From the NCBI GenBank assembly GCA_963675525.2, contig CAXXSL010000016.1, forward strand, positions 128,001 through 192,000: 64,000 nt of DNA, written 5' to 3'. Shown one piece after another: positions 19,501 through 31,719 of the stretch (positions are counted from its first letter, which is position 1; each line of letters starts with the position of its first letter). The DNA comes from Anaerohalosphaeraceae bacterium. GTDB taxonomy: Bacteria > Planctomycetota > Phycisphaerae > Sedimentisphaerales > Anaerohalosphaeraceae. A model generated the notes under the pieces. That model was not told the origin of the DNA. It ran no database searches and saw only the letters and a program-made list of their open reading frames with translations. The translations under genes were made by a program, and so were the position numbers.

Positions 19501-20898
19501 ATGCAAACTCGAAGCCGAAAAAAGAAAGTAGCTGCATCAATATCCTCGTTTCTTATTTGCGTCGCGGCCCTTCTGACATTAACCTCCGCAGCCATTGCCG
19601 CTGAACCCACACTGACATTTCATTCCTGGGCATCCACGCCTCCAATGGGATGGAACAGCTGGGATTGTTTCGGTACGACTGTGACCGAAGAGAAAACCAA
19701 ACAGCAGGCCGATTTTATGACCGAAAAACTCAAAGACCATGGCTGGGAATATATCGTTGTTGATATTCAGTGGTATGAACCCGGCTCAAAAGGGCATGCG
19801 TATAAGAAAAACGCGCCACTGACGATGGATGAATTCAGCCGGCTGCTGCCTGCTCCAGAAAAGTTTCCCTCCGCAGTCGATGATAACGGTTTTAAGCCGC
19901 TGGCCGACTACGTCCATGCCAGGGGTTTGAAATTCGGTATTCACATGATGCGCGGGATTCCCCGTCAGGCCGTGAAGCAAAACACGAAGATCATGGGCAC
20001 CGAGTACCGCGCCGCCGACATCGCCAGGGTCTCCAGCACCTGTCCATGGAATCCCGACATGTACGGCGTGGATATGAACAAGCCCGGAGCGCAGGAATAT
20101 TACGATTCCCTCTATGCTTTGTTTGCCTCCTGGGGCGTGGATTATGTCAAAGTCGACGACATCAGCCGTCCGTACGACACGACACAGCAAGCCGAGATCG
20201 AGGCGATCCGTAAAGCTATCGACAAAACCGGCCGTCCCATGGTATTGAGCCTTTCTCCGGGCGAAACACCCCTCAGCAAAGGATCACATGTAAACCGGCA
20301 TGCCAATTTGTGGCGCATCAGTGATGATTTATGGGATCGCTGGCAGCCTCTGTATGATCAGTTCAAACGTCTGCATAACTGGACACCTTATCGTATCGAG
20401 GGTGCATGGCCCGATGCCGACATGCTGCCGCTGGGCGTTATAGAGTTTGGCCGTATGTGTCGTTTCACCCTCGATGAACAATACACACTGATGTCACTGT
20501 GGTGCATCGCCCGTTCCCCCCTTATGCATGGCGGGGATATGACGAAAATGGATGCCTTAACGTTTGCCTTGCTGACGAATGACGAAGTCCTGGCCGTCAA
20601 CCAGCACAGCGAAAATAATCGCCAGCTCTTTCGCACGGAAGAAGGATTGATTGCGTGGATCGCAGACGTTCCCGCTTCTAAGGACAAATACCTCGCGTTG
20701 TTTAACACAACCGACGCGATGACAAAAGTACCTGCAGACCTGGCACAGTGTGGATTTACAGATTCGGTACGAATCCGCGATTTATGGAAAAAGTCGGATA
20801 TCGGCTATGAAGTTACCGGCTGTTTTGCGCCGGAACTGCCCGCTCACGGTTCCGGCCTCTATCGCGTCTTTGCCGAGACGACCTCCGGGCAAAACTAA
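19501..20898 (+). CDS. Glycoside hydrolase family 27 (alpha-galactosidase-like), secreted
   Basis: TPPMGWNSW, VVDIQW, WGVDYVKVDD, WRISDD, WPDADML. Confidence 0.9.
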   Translation: MQTRSRKKKVAASISSFLICVAALLTLTSAAIAAEPTLTFHSWASTPPMGWNSWDCFGTTVTEEKTKQQADFMTEKLKDHGWEYIVVDIQWYEPGSKGHAYKKNAPLTMDEFSRLLPAPEKFPSAVDDNGFKPLADYVHARGLKFGIHMMRGIPRQAVKQNTKIMGTEYRAADIARVSSTCPWNPDMYGVDMNKPGAQEYYDSLYALFASWGVDYVKVDDISRPYDTTQQAEIEAIRKAIDKTGRPMVLSLSPGETPLSKGSHVNRHANLWRISDDLWDRWQPLYDQFKRLHNWTPYRIEGAWPDADMLPLGVIEFGRMCRFTLDEQYTLMSLWCIARSPLMHGGDMTKMDALTFALLTNDEVLAVNQHSENNRQLFRTEEGLIAWIADVPASKDKYLALFNTTDAMTKVPADLAQCGFTDSVRIRDLWKKSDIGYEVTGCFAPELPAHGSGLYRVFAETTSGQN

Positions 20899-20933
20899 CT
20901 TACAGCTTCCGGGTGAGATTTCTTCTGATTGAT

Positions 20934-20969
20934 AAGACTCTGTCCTGAGTGGGATAGAGTCTTCTTTTT
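20934..20969 (+). terminator. Intrinsic terminator
   Basis: AAGACTCTGTCC-N5-GGATAGAGTCTT then CTTTTT. Confidence 0.7.
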
Positions 20970-21090
20970 ATCCTTAATTTCATGCCATTATCGATTCTCA
21001 AGCAAAAACACCGAACGAAATCTCCTTGACAGGGTATAACTCTGAAGATATGCTGGAAAAAGTAAAAATAATTCTAAGAGAGGTGTAATT

Positions 21091-22140
21091 ATGGACAGAA
21101 TTACAGAAATTCTCGGAAATGATGCTGACGACCTGCTCACTCACCAATGCAAAACCATTCCGAAAGACTCGCTTCACCTGCCGGGATCGGACTTTGTGGA
21201 TAGAGTCATGGCGATATCAGACCGCTCGCCGCAGGTTTTACGCAACATGCAGACTATTTATGACCACGGCAGACTGGCCGGCACCGGCTATGTATCTATC
21301 CTGCCGGTCGATCAGGGTATTGAGCACTCGGCCGGGGCGTCATTTGCGCCCAATCCGATTTATTTCGACCCGGAAAATATTGTCAAGCTTGCCATTGAAG
21401 GCGGCTGTAATGCCGTCGCTTCGACGCTGGGCGTGCTGGGAGCCGTTTCGCGCAAATACGCCCACAAAATCCCCTTCATCGTCAAGATTAACCATAACGA
21501 GTTTCTAAGCTACCCCAACAGCTACGACCAGCGCCTGTTCGCAAACATAGAACAAGCCTACGACCTCGGGGCTGTTGCTGTGGGAGCAACTATTTATTTC
21601 GGCTCGGAAGAATCCAACCGACAAATCGAGGAAATCTCGGCCGCCTTTGAACAGGCCCACAATCTGGGTATGGTAACGATTTTGTGGTGCTATCTGCGTA
21701 ATCCGGCGTTTAAAACGAAAGAGCAGGATTATCATACTGCCGCGGATTTGACCGGGCAGGCTAATCATTTGGGCGTCACCATTCAGGCAGACCTCATCAA
21801 ACAAAAACAACCTACCTGCAACGGCGGATACACCGCCCTGAATTTCGGCAAGACACACAAACTGGTCTATGAAAAACTGACCAGCGACCACCCCATCGAC
21901 CTGACACGCTATCAGGTCGTCAATTGCTACATGGGCCGCTCCGGCCTCATCAACTCCGGCGGGGCCTCCGGCGAAAACGACCTCCAACAGGTCACAGCCA
22001 GCGCCGTCATCAATAAACGCGCCGGCGGAACCGGACTCATCAGCGGACGAAAAACGTTCCAGAAACCCATGAAAGAAGGAGTCGAACTCTTCCACACCAT
22101 CCAGGACGTCTATCTAAACAAAAACATCACTATCGCGTAA
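21091..22140 (+). CDS. fbaB: Class I fructose-bisphosphate aldolase
   Basis: [34 protein letters not shown]. Confidence 0.95.
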   Translation: MDRITEILGNDADDLLTHQCKTIPKDSLHLPGSDFVDRVMAISDRSPQVLRNMQTIYDHGRLAGTGYVSILPVDQGIEHSAGASFAPNPIYFDPENIVKLAIEGGCNAVASTLGVLGAVSRKYAHKIPFIVKINHNEFLSYPNSYDQRLFANIEQAYDLGAVAVGATIYFGSEESNRQIEEISAAFEQAHNLGMVTILWCYLRNPAFKTKEQDYHTAADLTGQANHLGVTIQADLIKQKQPTCNGGYTALNFGKTHKLVYEKLTSDHPIDLTRYQVVNCYMGRSGLINSGGASGENDLQQVTASAVINKRAGGTGLISGRKTFQKPMKEGVELFHTIQDVYLNKNITIA

Positions 22141-22147
22141 TTGACAC

Positions 22148-22179
22148 AAAAAAGCCCCTGCGGATTAAGACAGGGGCTT
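22148..22179. terminator. Terminator between convergent genes
   Basis: AAGCCCCTG-N10-CAGGGGCTT. Confidence 0.65.
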
Positions 22180-22209
22180 GAGATGTTGTGTTTGAAAAAA
22201 CAGCGGATG

Positions 22210-23004
22210 TTACTTCTCGCCCATCAGCTTTTTAACGGTCGGCTCGATCGCCTCGGCCCAGATTTTATATCCTCTTTCATTCGGATGCAGCAGATCCGGC
22301 ATAATATCCCGCGGCAGGTTTCCGTTCGCATCAAGGAACTTGTCATTGATATCCAGGTAGAAAATATGCTTACCGTCAGCAATCTTCGAAGCCAGCTTGC
22401 TGGCTTTGTTATTCTTGGCCCACTGCGCATTAAATGCCGCGCCATGCTCTTTGTCTTTGCGCTGCTCAGCATCACCACGTGGAAAAATCGCCAGCATTAA
22501 AATCTTTGTCTGCGGCAATTTAACCCGCATTTCGGCACAGACGGCCTTAATACCGTCGGCAATCTCCTCAGCGGTATTATCGTCTCTATTGGAATTATTC
22601 GTCCCGATCATCACGATCGCCAGTTTCGGACGGATACCATCGATCTCACCGTGATCAAACCGCCACAGAACATGCTGCGTACGGTCGCCGCCGAATCCCA
22701 TATTGACGGCCTTGCGCGGGGCGTAATACCTCGCCCACATGTCTTTTCCTGCCTTTTCAAAGCCGTGCGTGATCGAATCACCCACATAAATCAGATCGAC
22801 ATCACCGGAAGCAATCTCATCCAGCACTTTTTGATGCCGCGGAAGCCACCACTCCACATTCGCCCGGTCTGCCGGCATCACAGCCGAATGCGTCTTATCC
22901 GCTAAACCATACAGATCGCCCCGTTGCCCGTCTTGGCACCCGCCCAAAACAGAAACCAGCAAACACATTCCAACAAATGTCAATAAACGTCGCTTCATCA
23001 TCAC
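22210..23004 (-). CDS. SGNH/GDSL acetylesterase (PAF-acetylhydrolase-like) lipoprotein
   Basis: GDSIT, GFGGDRTQH, GTNN, DLLHP; lipobox LGGC. Confidence 0.88.
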   Translation of the reverse strand: MMMKRRLLTFVGMCLLVSVLGGCQDGQRGDLYGLADKTHSAVMPADRANVEWWLPRHQKVLDEIASGDVDLIYVGDSITHGFEKAGKDMWARYYAPRKAVNMGFGGDRTQHVLWRFDHGEIDGIRPKLAIVMIGTNNSNRDDNTAEEIADGIKAVCAEMRVKLPQTKILMLAIFPRGDAEQRKDKEHGAAFNAQWAKNNKASKLASKIADGKHIFYLDINDKFLDANGNLPRDIMPDLLHPNERGYKIWAEAIEPTVKKLMGEK

Positions 23005-23044
23005 AACCTTTCAAATAAAGTGAACATTAAATTCCTTTCAGCAT

Positions 23045-24070
23045 TCAATCAACCGGATAATGCTTCCAGTCGCCCAACTCATCAAGTGTGATCACATCCT
23101 TATCGTCGTAAACGGAACGCAATATTGTCTCATCTATTTGGCCAATGTATCCATTCCATACAGAAAACCAGCTCCACCATGTGCCTTCTTTTCTGACTTT
23201 CTCCAGATCCGGCAATGTTCCCGTTTCCGAAAGCGTCACCAGCTTGACGTCTTTAAAACGACTCTGAATATGGTTCCAGTGTCCGGCCATACTGGAATCC
23301 GGCTTCATATAAATATCCATCCCCACAATATCCACATACCCATCCCCCGGATACCATGCCGGATTTCCATCCGTCGTAAACACCCAAATCAGATTGTGCA
23401 AGCCGTGATAATTCACAAAACGGTCATACATCAACCGCCATAATTGAATAAAAGGCTCCGGCCCCTTGGCCCCCCACCAGAACCAGCGTCCCGACGCTTC
23501 ATGCAGCGGCCGCCACAGAACCGGCAAGCCAGCATCCTGAAATTTCGCCAATTCAACCGCAATCGCATCCATATCCCGGATCAGCAGCTTGTATTTTGTC
23601 CCCTCAGGATTCGCCAGCGCGGCCTCAACATCAAACGTCGTCGCACGCGTATAAAAACCCGACCACCACGCTCGGTCCGGCGGCTGATTCCGCAAATCCG
23701 TCGGCGCATTCCAGTGCCAGCTCAAACTGACGATCCCGCCGCCATCCTTGGCCCACTGAATAGTACGCTCAACCATCCGTCTTGGATTAGCGCCGCATTC
23801 AATACGCGACGGCGAATACTCCATCAAATCAAACGCCCCCACCGCCGGCTCCTTGCCGGTAACAGACTTAACATGTCGAATATCCCAAAAGCTCTGCTGA
23901 CCGGCAAGAATCTTCTGCCCGTACTGGTCAAGCAGAAAAGACATCAGCGACCGGGTTTCCTTCGTTGCCTGCGCATCAGTCAGCGTTTTCGGGGGTCGAC
24001 CGCAAAGACCCGCCTGCGCCAAAACTAAAAGAATCGACCAAACAAGAATAAATTGTCTATTCCGCCCCAT
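23045..24070 (-). CDS. Glycoside hydrolase family 26 beta-mannanase
   Basis: SWHW, WRPLHEASGRWFWWG, WYPGDGYVDIVGMDIY, SETG. Confidence 0.9.
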   Translation of the reverse strand: MGRNRQFILVWSILLVLAQAGLCGRPPKTLTDAQATKETRSLMSFLLDQYGQKILAGQQSFWDIRHVKSVTGKEPAVGAFDLMEYSPSRIECGANPRRMVERTIQWAKDGGGIVSLSWHWNAPTDLRNQPPDRAWWSGFYTRATTFDVEAALANPEGTKYKLLIRDMDAIAVELAKFQDAGLPVLWRPLHEASGRWFWWGAKGPEPFIQLWRLMYDRFVNYHGLHNLIWVFTTDGNPAWYPGDGYVDIVGMDIYMKPDSSMAGHWNHIQSRFKDVKLVTLSETGTLPDLEKVRKEGTWWSWFSVWNGYIGQIDETILRSVYDDKDVITLDELGDWKHYPVD

Positions 24071-24141
24071 TTATCGTCCCGGGTAAAATCATTACAATGC
24101 CCTTAGCATAGCCGCAAGACCGGTATCCGTCAAGAGTTCAC

Positions 24142-24177
24142 AAAAAAAGACCCTCACCGCGAACAGTGAGGGTCTTA
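24142..24177 (-). terminator. Terminator downstream of 16S
   Basis: Minus strand AAGACCCTCACT-GTTCG-CGGTGAGGGTCTT plus T run. Confidence 0.8.
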
Positions 24178-24271
24178 ATAGGTCTACAGTTGGTGCATAA
24201 CTTAAAGCATTGAAACGCCTGACGATCACCGTCGTTAAGAGCAAAATTGCTCCGACGGAGTCTAAATTATC

Positions 24272-25828
<1,557 letters not shown>

Positions 25829-26051
25829 ATATTGTAGAATCTGCCCCCGAAGGAGCAGTATCCTGACATTATTTGGAATCAACTTAAAATCTCGCTCACG
25901 CAACGAGAAACCTATGTTGATGGTGTCTCCCGATAAATCGGGAAACGGTTAACACACCAATATTATGGTTTTGGGACAAAACCCGACCAAACGTGAATAA
26001 GGCCAGGTTGTCACGCCTCGTTGCTTTAAGCAAATGGCACCAACTGTTAAC

Positions 26052-26296
26052 TTGTCAAAGAACATTTCCGACAACGGATATCTCCATTGCCTTGTTTTTA
26101 GAGAAAAAACAAGCGTCCAAGCACGAACGAAACCGTTTTAACTTGTCCGCTTCCATCACTCCGAAAATACCAATCTAAGCCCTTTCGTGCGTTTCGTCAA
26201 CTGAAAAAATACAATTTTTCAAGTTTTTTAACCGCCTCAAGCAAACCGATCAGTATCAAGGGGACGGATAGTACCCAAAGGCACCGACGATTGCAA
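26052..26296 (-). promoter_or_regulatory. rRNA leader: boxA and tandem promoters
   Basis: GTTCTTTGACAA (26052-26063); TTGACG..TAGATT and TTGCAA..TACTAT promoter-like pairs upstream. Confidence 0.6.
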
Positions 26297-26434
26297 GAGG
26301 CAATTTAAAAATTTTCGAAAAAAGCGTCGAAACCACCGATTTCGCGGACTACGCCGGGTTTTTAGACGGGATTTACTGAACAATATCGATTAAACTGGAG
26401 GAGCGTAACAGGAACCGTCATAAAGGACACGATC

Positions 26435-26854
26435 ATGGTGAAAACACAGATGTTGGACATCCAAACCAAGGGCAACTGCGATATTGTAGATATTACGGCG
26501 GCCGTGCAGGAGGCGGTTGCGGTGTCAGCATTAACGGATGGCACGGTCACGGTGTTCAATGTGGGCTCGACGGCATCGATTACGACGATCGAATACGAGC
26601 CGGGGTTGGTCAAGTATGACATTAATGCGGCACTGGAAAAGATCGCCCCGCAGAACGGCCGGTACGAACATGAAGAAACATGGCACGATGACAACGGCCA
26701 CGCCCATGTGCGCGCAACGCTGCTGGGGCCGTCGCTGACCGTGCCCTTCTGCAGCGAAAAACTGACCCTCGGCACCTGGCAGCAAATCGTCCTGATCGAC
26801 TTTGACACACGCCCCCGCACCCGCAAAGTCGTCTGTCAGATCATGGGGGAATGA
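26435..26854 (+). CDS. yjbQ: YjbQ/UPF0047 family protein
   Basis: DNGHAHVRATLLGPS, LGTWQQIVLIDFD. Confidence 0.9.
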   Translation: MVKTQMLDIQTKGNCDIVDITAAVQEAVAVSALTDGTVTVFNVGSTASITTIEYEPGLVKYDINAALEKIAPQNGRYEHEETWHDDNGHAHVRATLLGPSLTVPFCSEKLTLGTWQQIVLIDFDTRPRTRKVVCQIMGE

Positions 26855-26959
26855 AATCAGTAATCAGTGAACGGCAAGTCGTTTTTTCGCTGATTTTTAG
26901 TAACATTTTGCTTTTGGGGGCGTCGTAAGTTATGATAGGCGTCAAATTCGGGAGGAATT

Positions 26960-27988
26960 ATGCAGAACCGCAATCAGTTATTTGATTTTGCCGTTGACCA
27001 GCACGCGACGGACATTCACATCTGTGCAGGCGCTCCGGTGCAGCTTCGTATCGGCCGGAAACTCAAACCCGTCACGGAAGAACTGCTGACGCCGGACAAA
27101 AGCCGGCAGCTTTGCTACGAGATGCTGACGGCCGAGCAGATCAAAGAGTTCGAGGAGGATCTGGATTTTGACCTGATGCTGGCGTATAGCGGGGCGCGGT
27201 TTCGGATCAATGTGGGGTACTTCAACGGGGCGGTCGGTGCAACGGTTCGCGTCTTGAGCGGCGATCCGAAAACGCCGGACGAATTATTCCTGCCGGAAAC
27301 AGTTAAAACACTGGCACAAAGGGATAAGGGCCTGGTACTGATTACCGGCAGCACCAGTCAGGGCAAGACGACCACGATGTCGGCGATGATCGACCATATC
27401 AATATGACGCAGAAAAAGCACATCGTCACCATTGAGGACCCGATCGAGTATATTCACACCAACAAGAAAGGTATCGTCCGGCAGCGCGAGGTCGGCCGGG
27501 ATACGAAATCGTTCGCGACGGGCCTGCGGGCGGCACTGAGGCAGGACCCGGACATCATCGCGATCGGTGAAATGCGGGATTATGAAACGATCAAGATCGC
27601 CCTGACCGCGGCGGAGACGGGCATTCTGGTGCTTTCGACGCTGCACGTTATTTCCATCGACAAAATGGTCGAACGCATTCTCAGCTATGCTCCCGATGAA
27701 GGTGAAAACACGGTCCGGTTTCTGCTGGCTGAGACGCTTCAAGGCGTGGTCCACCAGGAACTGCTGCCGCTGGTAGCCGGCGGGCAGCGCGTGGCCTGCG
27801 AGATTCTGGTCAGCACCAGCGGCGCGAAAAATATTCTCCGGCGGAAAGGCGGCTATCACCTGCGGACGGTGATCGATACGGGCAGGAAATACGGCATGCG
27901 TACGATGAGCGAATCTATTGAGGATTTGCTGAATCAGAAACTCATCGGCCCGGAAACCGCCAAGCGTGTGATGGTGAATTACTCGTAA
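26960..27988 (+). CDS. PilT/PilU family type IV pilus ATPase
   Basis: TDIHI, GSTSQGKTT, TIEDPIEY, QREVG, LRQDPD, GEMRD, STLH. Confidence 0.9.
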   Translation: MQNRNQLFDFAVDQHATDIHICAGAPVQLRIGRKLKPVTEELLTPDKSRQLCYEMLTAEQIKEFEEDLDFDLMLAYSGARFRINVGYFNGAVGATVRVLSGDPKTPDELFLPETVKTLAQRDKGLVLITGSTSQGKTTTMSAMIDHINMTQKKHIVTIEDPIEYIHTNKKGIVRQREVGRDTKSFATGLRAALRQDPDIIAIGEMRDYETIKIALTAAETGILVLSTLHVISIDKMVERILSYAPDEGENTVRFLLAETLQGVVHQELLPLVAGGQRVACEILVSTSGAKNILRRKGGYHLRTVIDTGRKYGMRTMSESIEDLLNQKLIGPETAKRVMVNYS

Positions 27989-28025
27989 GTTTTTTTGTCT
28001 CGGTACGGTTAGAACAGGAAATGCA

Positions 28026-28646
28026 ATGAACTCTTCACGAAACGGTTATGCGGCTTTGATCGTGCTGGTTGCGGTGGCGATCATCGCGATCATGATAGCC
28101 ATTCAGATGCGGGCGATTTTCGGCACGAATCTGCCGTCGCAGCCGATCGGGACCGAGCAACGGCCGTGGCTGCTGGATAAGCAGATCCTCGGCGCCGAGG
28201 AGGGTGTTAAGATGCCCAAGTCTCCCAAGCCGCAGTTGGAAGAAGACTTCAGCATCAGTGGAATTGTCACGCGGAATAACGCCGAGCGCGGCACCGTAAC
28301 GATTTTCTTTGAAAGCAACGGACGCATCCGGGCAACGTGGAGCTGCGACTATTCGCATGAGCAAACGGCCTATCGGATCGGCGCGGAGATAGCCGGCAAC
28401 ATCGACGCGGGCGTCCACTTTACGGATGAAAACGGCAAGGATAAAAGCCGGCTGTTTTTCGTCGGCAAGGGGACCTATTTCAAGGAAACGACCACGGCTG
28501 ATACCGGAACCGCGGTGGAAAAAGGAACCGCTTATGTTCAGGGGTGGCTAAAGCCCGGACGGGTCGGCGGAGGGTTTTGTCTCCATCAACCAGGGGCAAG
28601 GACTGGGTTGCGGCATACGAATGGGGCCGCCCCGCCGGCAAAATGA
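28026..28646 (+). CDS. Hypothetical protein with prepilin-like N-terminus; indels near 3' end
   Basis: RNG|YAALIVLVAV hydrophobic N-terminus, directly after the PilT-like gene. Confidence 0.55.
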   Translation: MNSSRNGYAALIVLVAVAIIAIMIAIQMRAIFGTNLPSQPIGTEQRPWLLDKQILGAEEGVKMPKSPKPQLEEDFSISGIVTRNNAERGTVTIFFESNGRIRATWSCDYSHEQTAYRIGAEIAGNIDAGVHFTDENGKDKSRLFFVGKGTYFKETTTADTGTAVEKGTAYVQGWLKPGRVGGGFCLHQPGARTGLRHTNGAAPPAK

Positions 28647-28773
28647 TTGGTAAAAGAATCACGCAGAAAATACGAGGTCGGCTTATAACGCAACCGCGTT
28701 GATGGTGGGACGTATTGAAATCAAGGCCTCTATTGGGGTGTTATTAACCGTGTCGCATACAGGAGTACTGATT

Positions 28774-30151
28774 ATGACGTTACATGGGAAATCCCGGTTC
28801 CTATCCGTTCATTTTATGAAAATGTTAGGAACATTTGTCTTTCTATTTGTCATGTTGGCAAGTGGGTGTAATGTAAAAGCACAAAACGATACGAGACATC
28901 GTGTCATTGTTTCTTCTGATATCGGAGGAACTGATTTTGACGATTTTCAATCCATGGTGCACGTGTTGTTGTATGCAGATACACTTTCTATCGAAGGCTT
29001 GATCTCTTCTCCTTACGGCCCAGGTCGGACGTCTGATATTATCTCTGTTATCGATTATTACGAGATAGACTTTCCAAAACTTAAGTCGCATTCCAGTTTA
29101 TACCCTCCTCCCGACTCCTTGAGGGCGATCACCAAGCAAGGGTCCTTTGACAACCCTGGTCCCGTCGGAATCAGCTCTCCAACAGAAGGGTCTGAATGGA
29201 TCGTGAAATGTGCGCGACGTCCGGATCCACGCCCTCTTTACATCCTTGTTTGGGGAGGGATAGAGGACTTGGCTCAGGCATTACACGACGCCCCTGACAT
29301 TGTTTCCAGGATTCGTGTTTATTATATCGGCGGCCCCAACAAAAAATGGTCTCCAGATGCCTTTCAGTACATCGTTACTCACCATAAAGACCTTTGGATC
29401 ATTGAGGCGAATTCTACTTACCGAGGATGGTGGTTTGTTGGGGGGAAATCAATCAGGAGAATGGGGGAACGCCGCCTTTGTGACTAAGCACATTGCACCT
29501 CATGGGGCATTAGGAGCTTATTTCGCGAAAATTGCCTCAACCATCAAGATGGGGGACAGCCCATCGGTAGGATGGTTATTGAGAGGAGATCCGGAAGACC
29601 CAACCTCTGCGGGATGGGGAGGACAATTTGTTAAAGCCTGGGCAAGACCCCATGTGGTATTTGATCGATTAACAACCCAAAGTGATAACATGGAACAGTT
29701 CGGGATATTGGACTTGAGACTTTCCTTTGATCCATCAACGGCAAACTCACCCACTGCCACAATGGCCATTGGCAACCAAAAAATAAAAGGCTATCTCTTA
29801 GCTCCCGATACCATGCAGTTTTTATTCTGTCCCAAAAACGCAACAAAAAACTCCTACACCATCACAAGTAATGTGCCCGCGCTTAATGGAAAGAAAGGAG
29901 CGATCACTTCGTACCTTCCTCCGGCGTCAAACAAAAACAACCCTGCACCTGATCTGCCAAATTGGTGGACAGACGATCCTTCTACAAATCTAATTGAAAG
30001 TGGACACTTGGGTGTAAAAACGCTGAACCCATATCGAGAGGATTTCCTGGGTGATTTTGCTAAACGTCTGCAACGTTTGGATGGAGTCGTGCCTGACTCT
30101 AAATCAATTCTGCCTATGCCGTCAAAATATACTCTTACTATTGAGAGATAG
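28774..30151 (+). pseudogene. DUF1593 nucleoside-hydrolase-like protein split by a frameshift near 29440
   Basis: [35 protein letters not shown]. Frame changes at a G run. Confidence 0.75.
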
Positions 30152-30167
30152 TTAGGAAGGATGAGCT

Positions 30168-31582
30168 ATGGAGCAAATACCAAGTAAAAAGAAGATGAGT
30201 AAATTAGCAATAGCGTCTTTGTTTTTTATTATTATTGGTTATTTAGCCATCTCTGTTTGTCGCGAAGCAAGGTCGGTTTTGTTAATGGAAGGATATGATC
30301 CGACGAAATTTCAGACGTATCTTGTTTCGATTATACCTTGGTTTATTGCACTGCTTTTATCATTGCTGGCTTTGATTTTGATAAAATACAAATCAGCAAA
30401 TCGCAAAAGCAATTTTTTGCCTTTCTTTTGCTTTATTGTAAGCATGACCTCTATAATTATTTTTGCCATACCAATCCCTCAAGCTGAAAATTCAGTTGTA
30501 GTCGATAGGCATAAAACATTTGATGGAGATTCATCCGAGTTAGAAAACACGATTATTATACCAACTCTTGATAGTTCAATTCATAACAAGAATAATATTA
30601 TTTGGTGTTCGTCTTTTCAGATTGCTTGGGATGAATTAAAAGATAATGTCATTGAAGAACCAATCTTGTTATCAAGCAATCAAGACGTTGCTAACCTTTT
30701 AAACGATGCTAAACCGTCAAAGCAGGATGTTACAGATAACGAATATTATGCTCGTTCAGGATTTGTTCAAAATAATATCATCGAAAACATTCAACGAGAA
30801 ATGAAAATAAAATTTCCCGGAGAACCTGTTCCTTCTTTTAATGATATAACATCGAACACATCAATAATTTCATATTCTTTTTTGTCGGCAAATGTAAGGT
30901 TTAAGATGCCTTATTTTGAGAATGACAAAGAATTGATTTTTACAGACAGCAATGGAAACAAAACGTCAATTACTTCATTCGGACTTCGTGAAAAGGATGA
31001 TTATGCTTTTTTTAAGTTAAGACGACAGATGTATATTCTTTTTAGTAAATATAATTCAAAGCATGAGTTAACGGAGTGTGCAATAGATTATGTAAAGGTT
31101 CTTCACCCAACCAGATTATACTTGCAATGGTGGAACCAAAACAGACATTATTGGGAACATTATCTTATATTGACGAACAACATAAGAAAGCACCGAAGGA
31201 TAAATACTTCCATGAATTCGGTCCAAATGATGTATTACTAGTTCCAAACTTATTTTGGAAAATAACTCACTCATTTGATGAATTAGAAGGAAATATATTA
31301 CAAAACAATAAATACAAGGGGATGCCAATTGAAAAAGCAATGCAAGTAATAGAGTTTCGGTTGGATAGAAGTGGTGCAGAACTCAAATCGGAGTCTAAGT
31401 TATTTGTAGAACCAGTACCCACACATTATGTTTTTAACCGTCCATTTCTTATTTACATGAAAAAACGTGGTGCAAAGTATCCCTTCTTTGCAATGTGGGT
31501 TGATAATGCTAATCTGTTAGAGAAGTATAAAGGCTCCGATGAAATTCCAACTGCTAAACTTCCGGAAAAAATTCATAAATAA
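30168..31582 (+). pseudogene. Membrane-anchored protein with serpin-like C-terminus, frameshift near 31088
   Basis: Three TM segments, then FRLDRSGAE...YVFNRPFLIYM...FFAMWV. One added T joins the two ORFs. Confidence 0.6.
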
Positions 31583-31602
31583 GGCTTATGCGCATAAAAA
31601 AA

Positions 31603-31678
31603 CGGAGAAGCGGGGATTCGAACCCCCTCCTACACAACCTTTCCAAGGTTGCTCGATCAGCCGCCCCGACACCTCTCG
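31603..31678 (-). pseudogene. tRNA-Ser(GGA)-like copy lacking 12 nt of the variable arm
   Basis: Aligns end to end with 34908-34995; C1:C72 mismatch and one T-stem mismatch. Confidence 0.75.
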
Positions 31679-31719
31679 ATCGCTTGTTGCTTGACCAGAC
31701 TTAGAAAAAACAGCAGCGG

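Noticed and set aside
28664..28680. CAGAAAATACGAG as outer boundary of the tRNA-Ser island
   Set aside because: Similarity to 34775-34790 is too short and A-rich to be significant.
29420..31100. Programmed ribosomal frameshifting in the split genes
   Set aside because: Indels cluster across unrelated neighbouring genes, so error or decay is more parsimonious.
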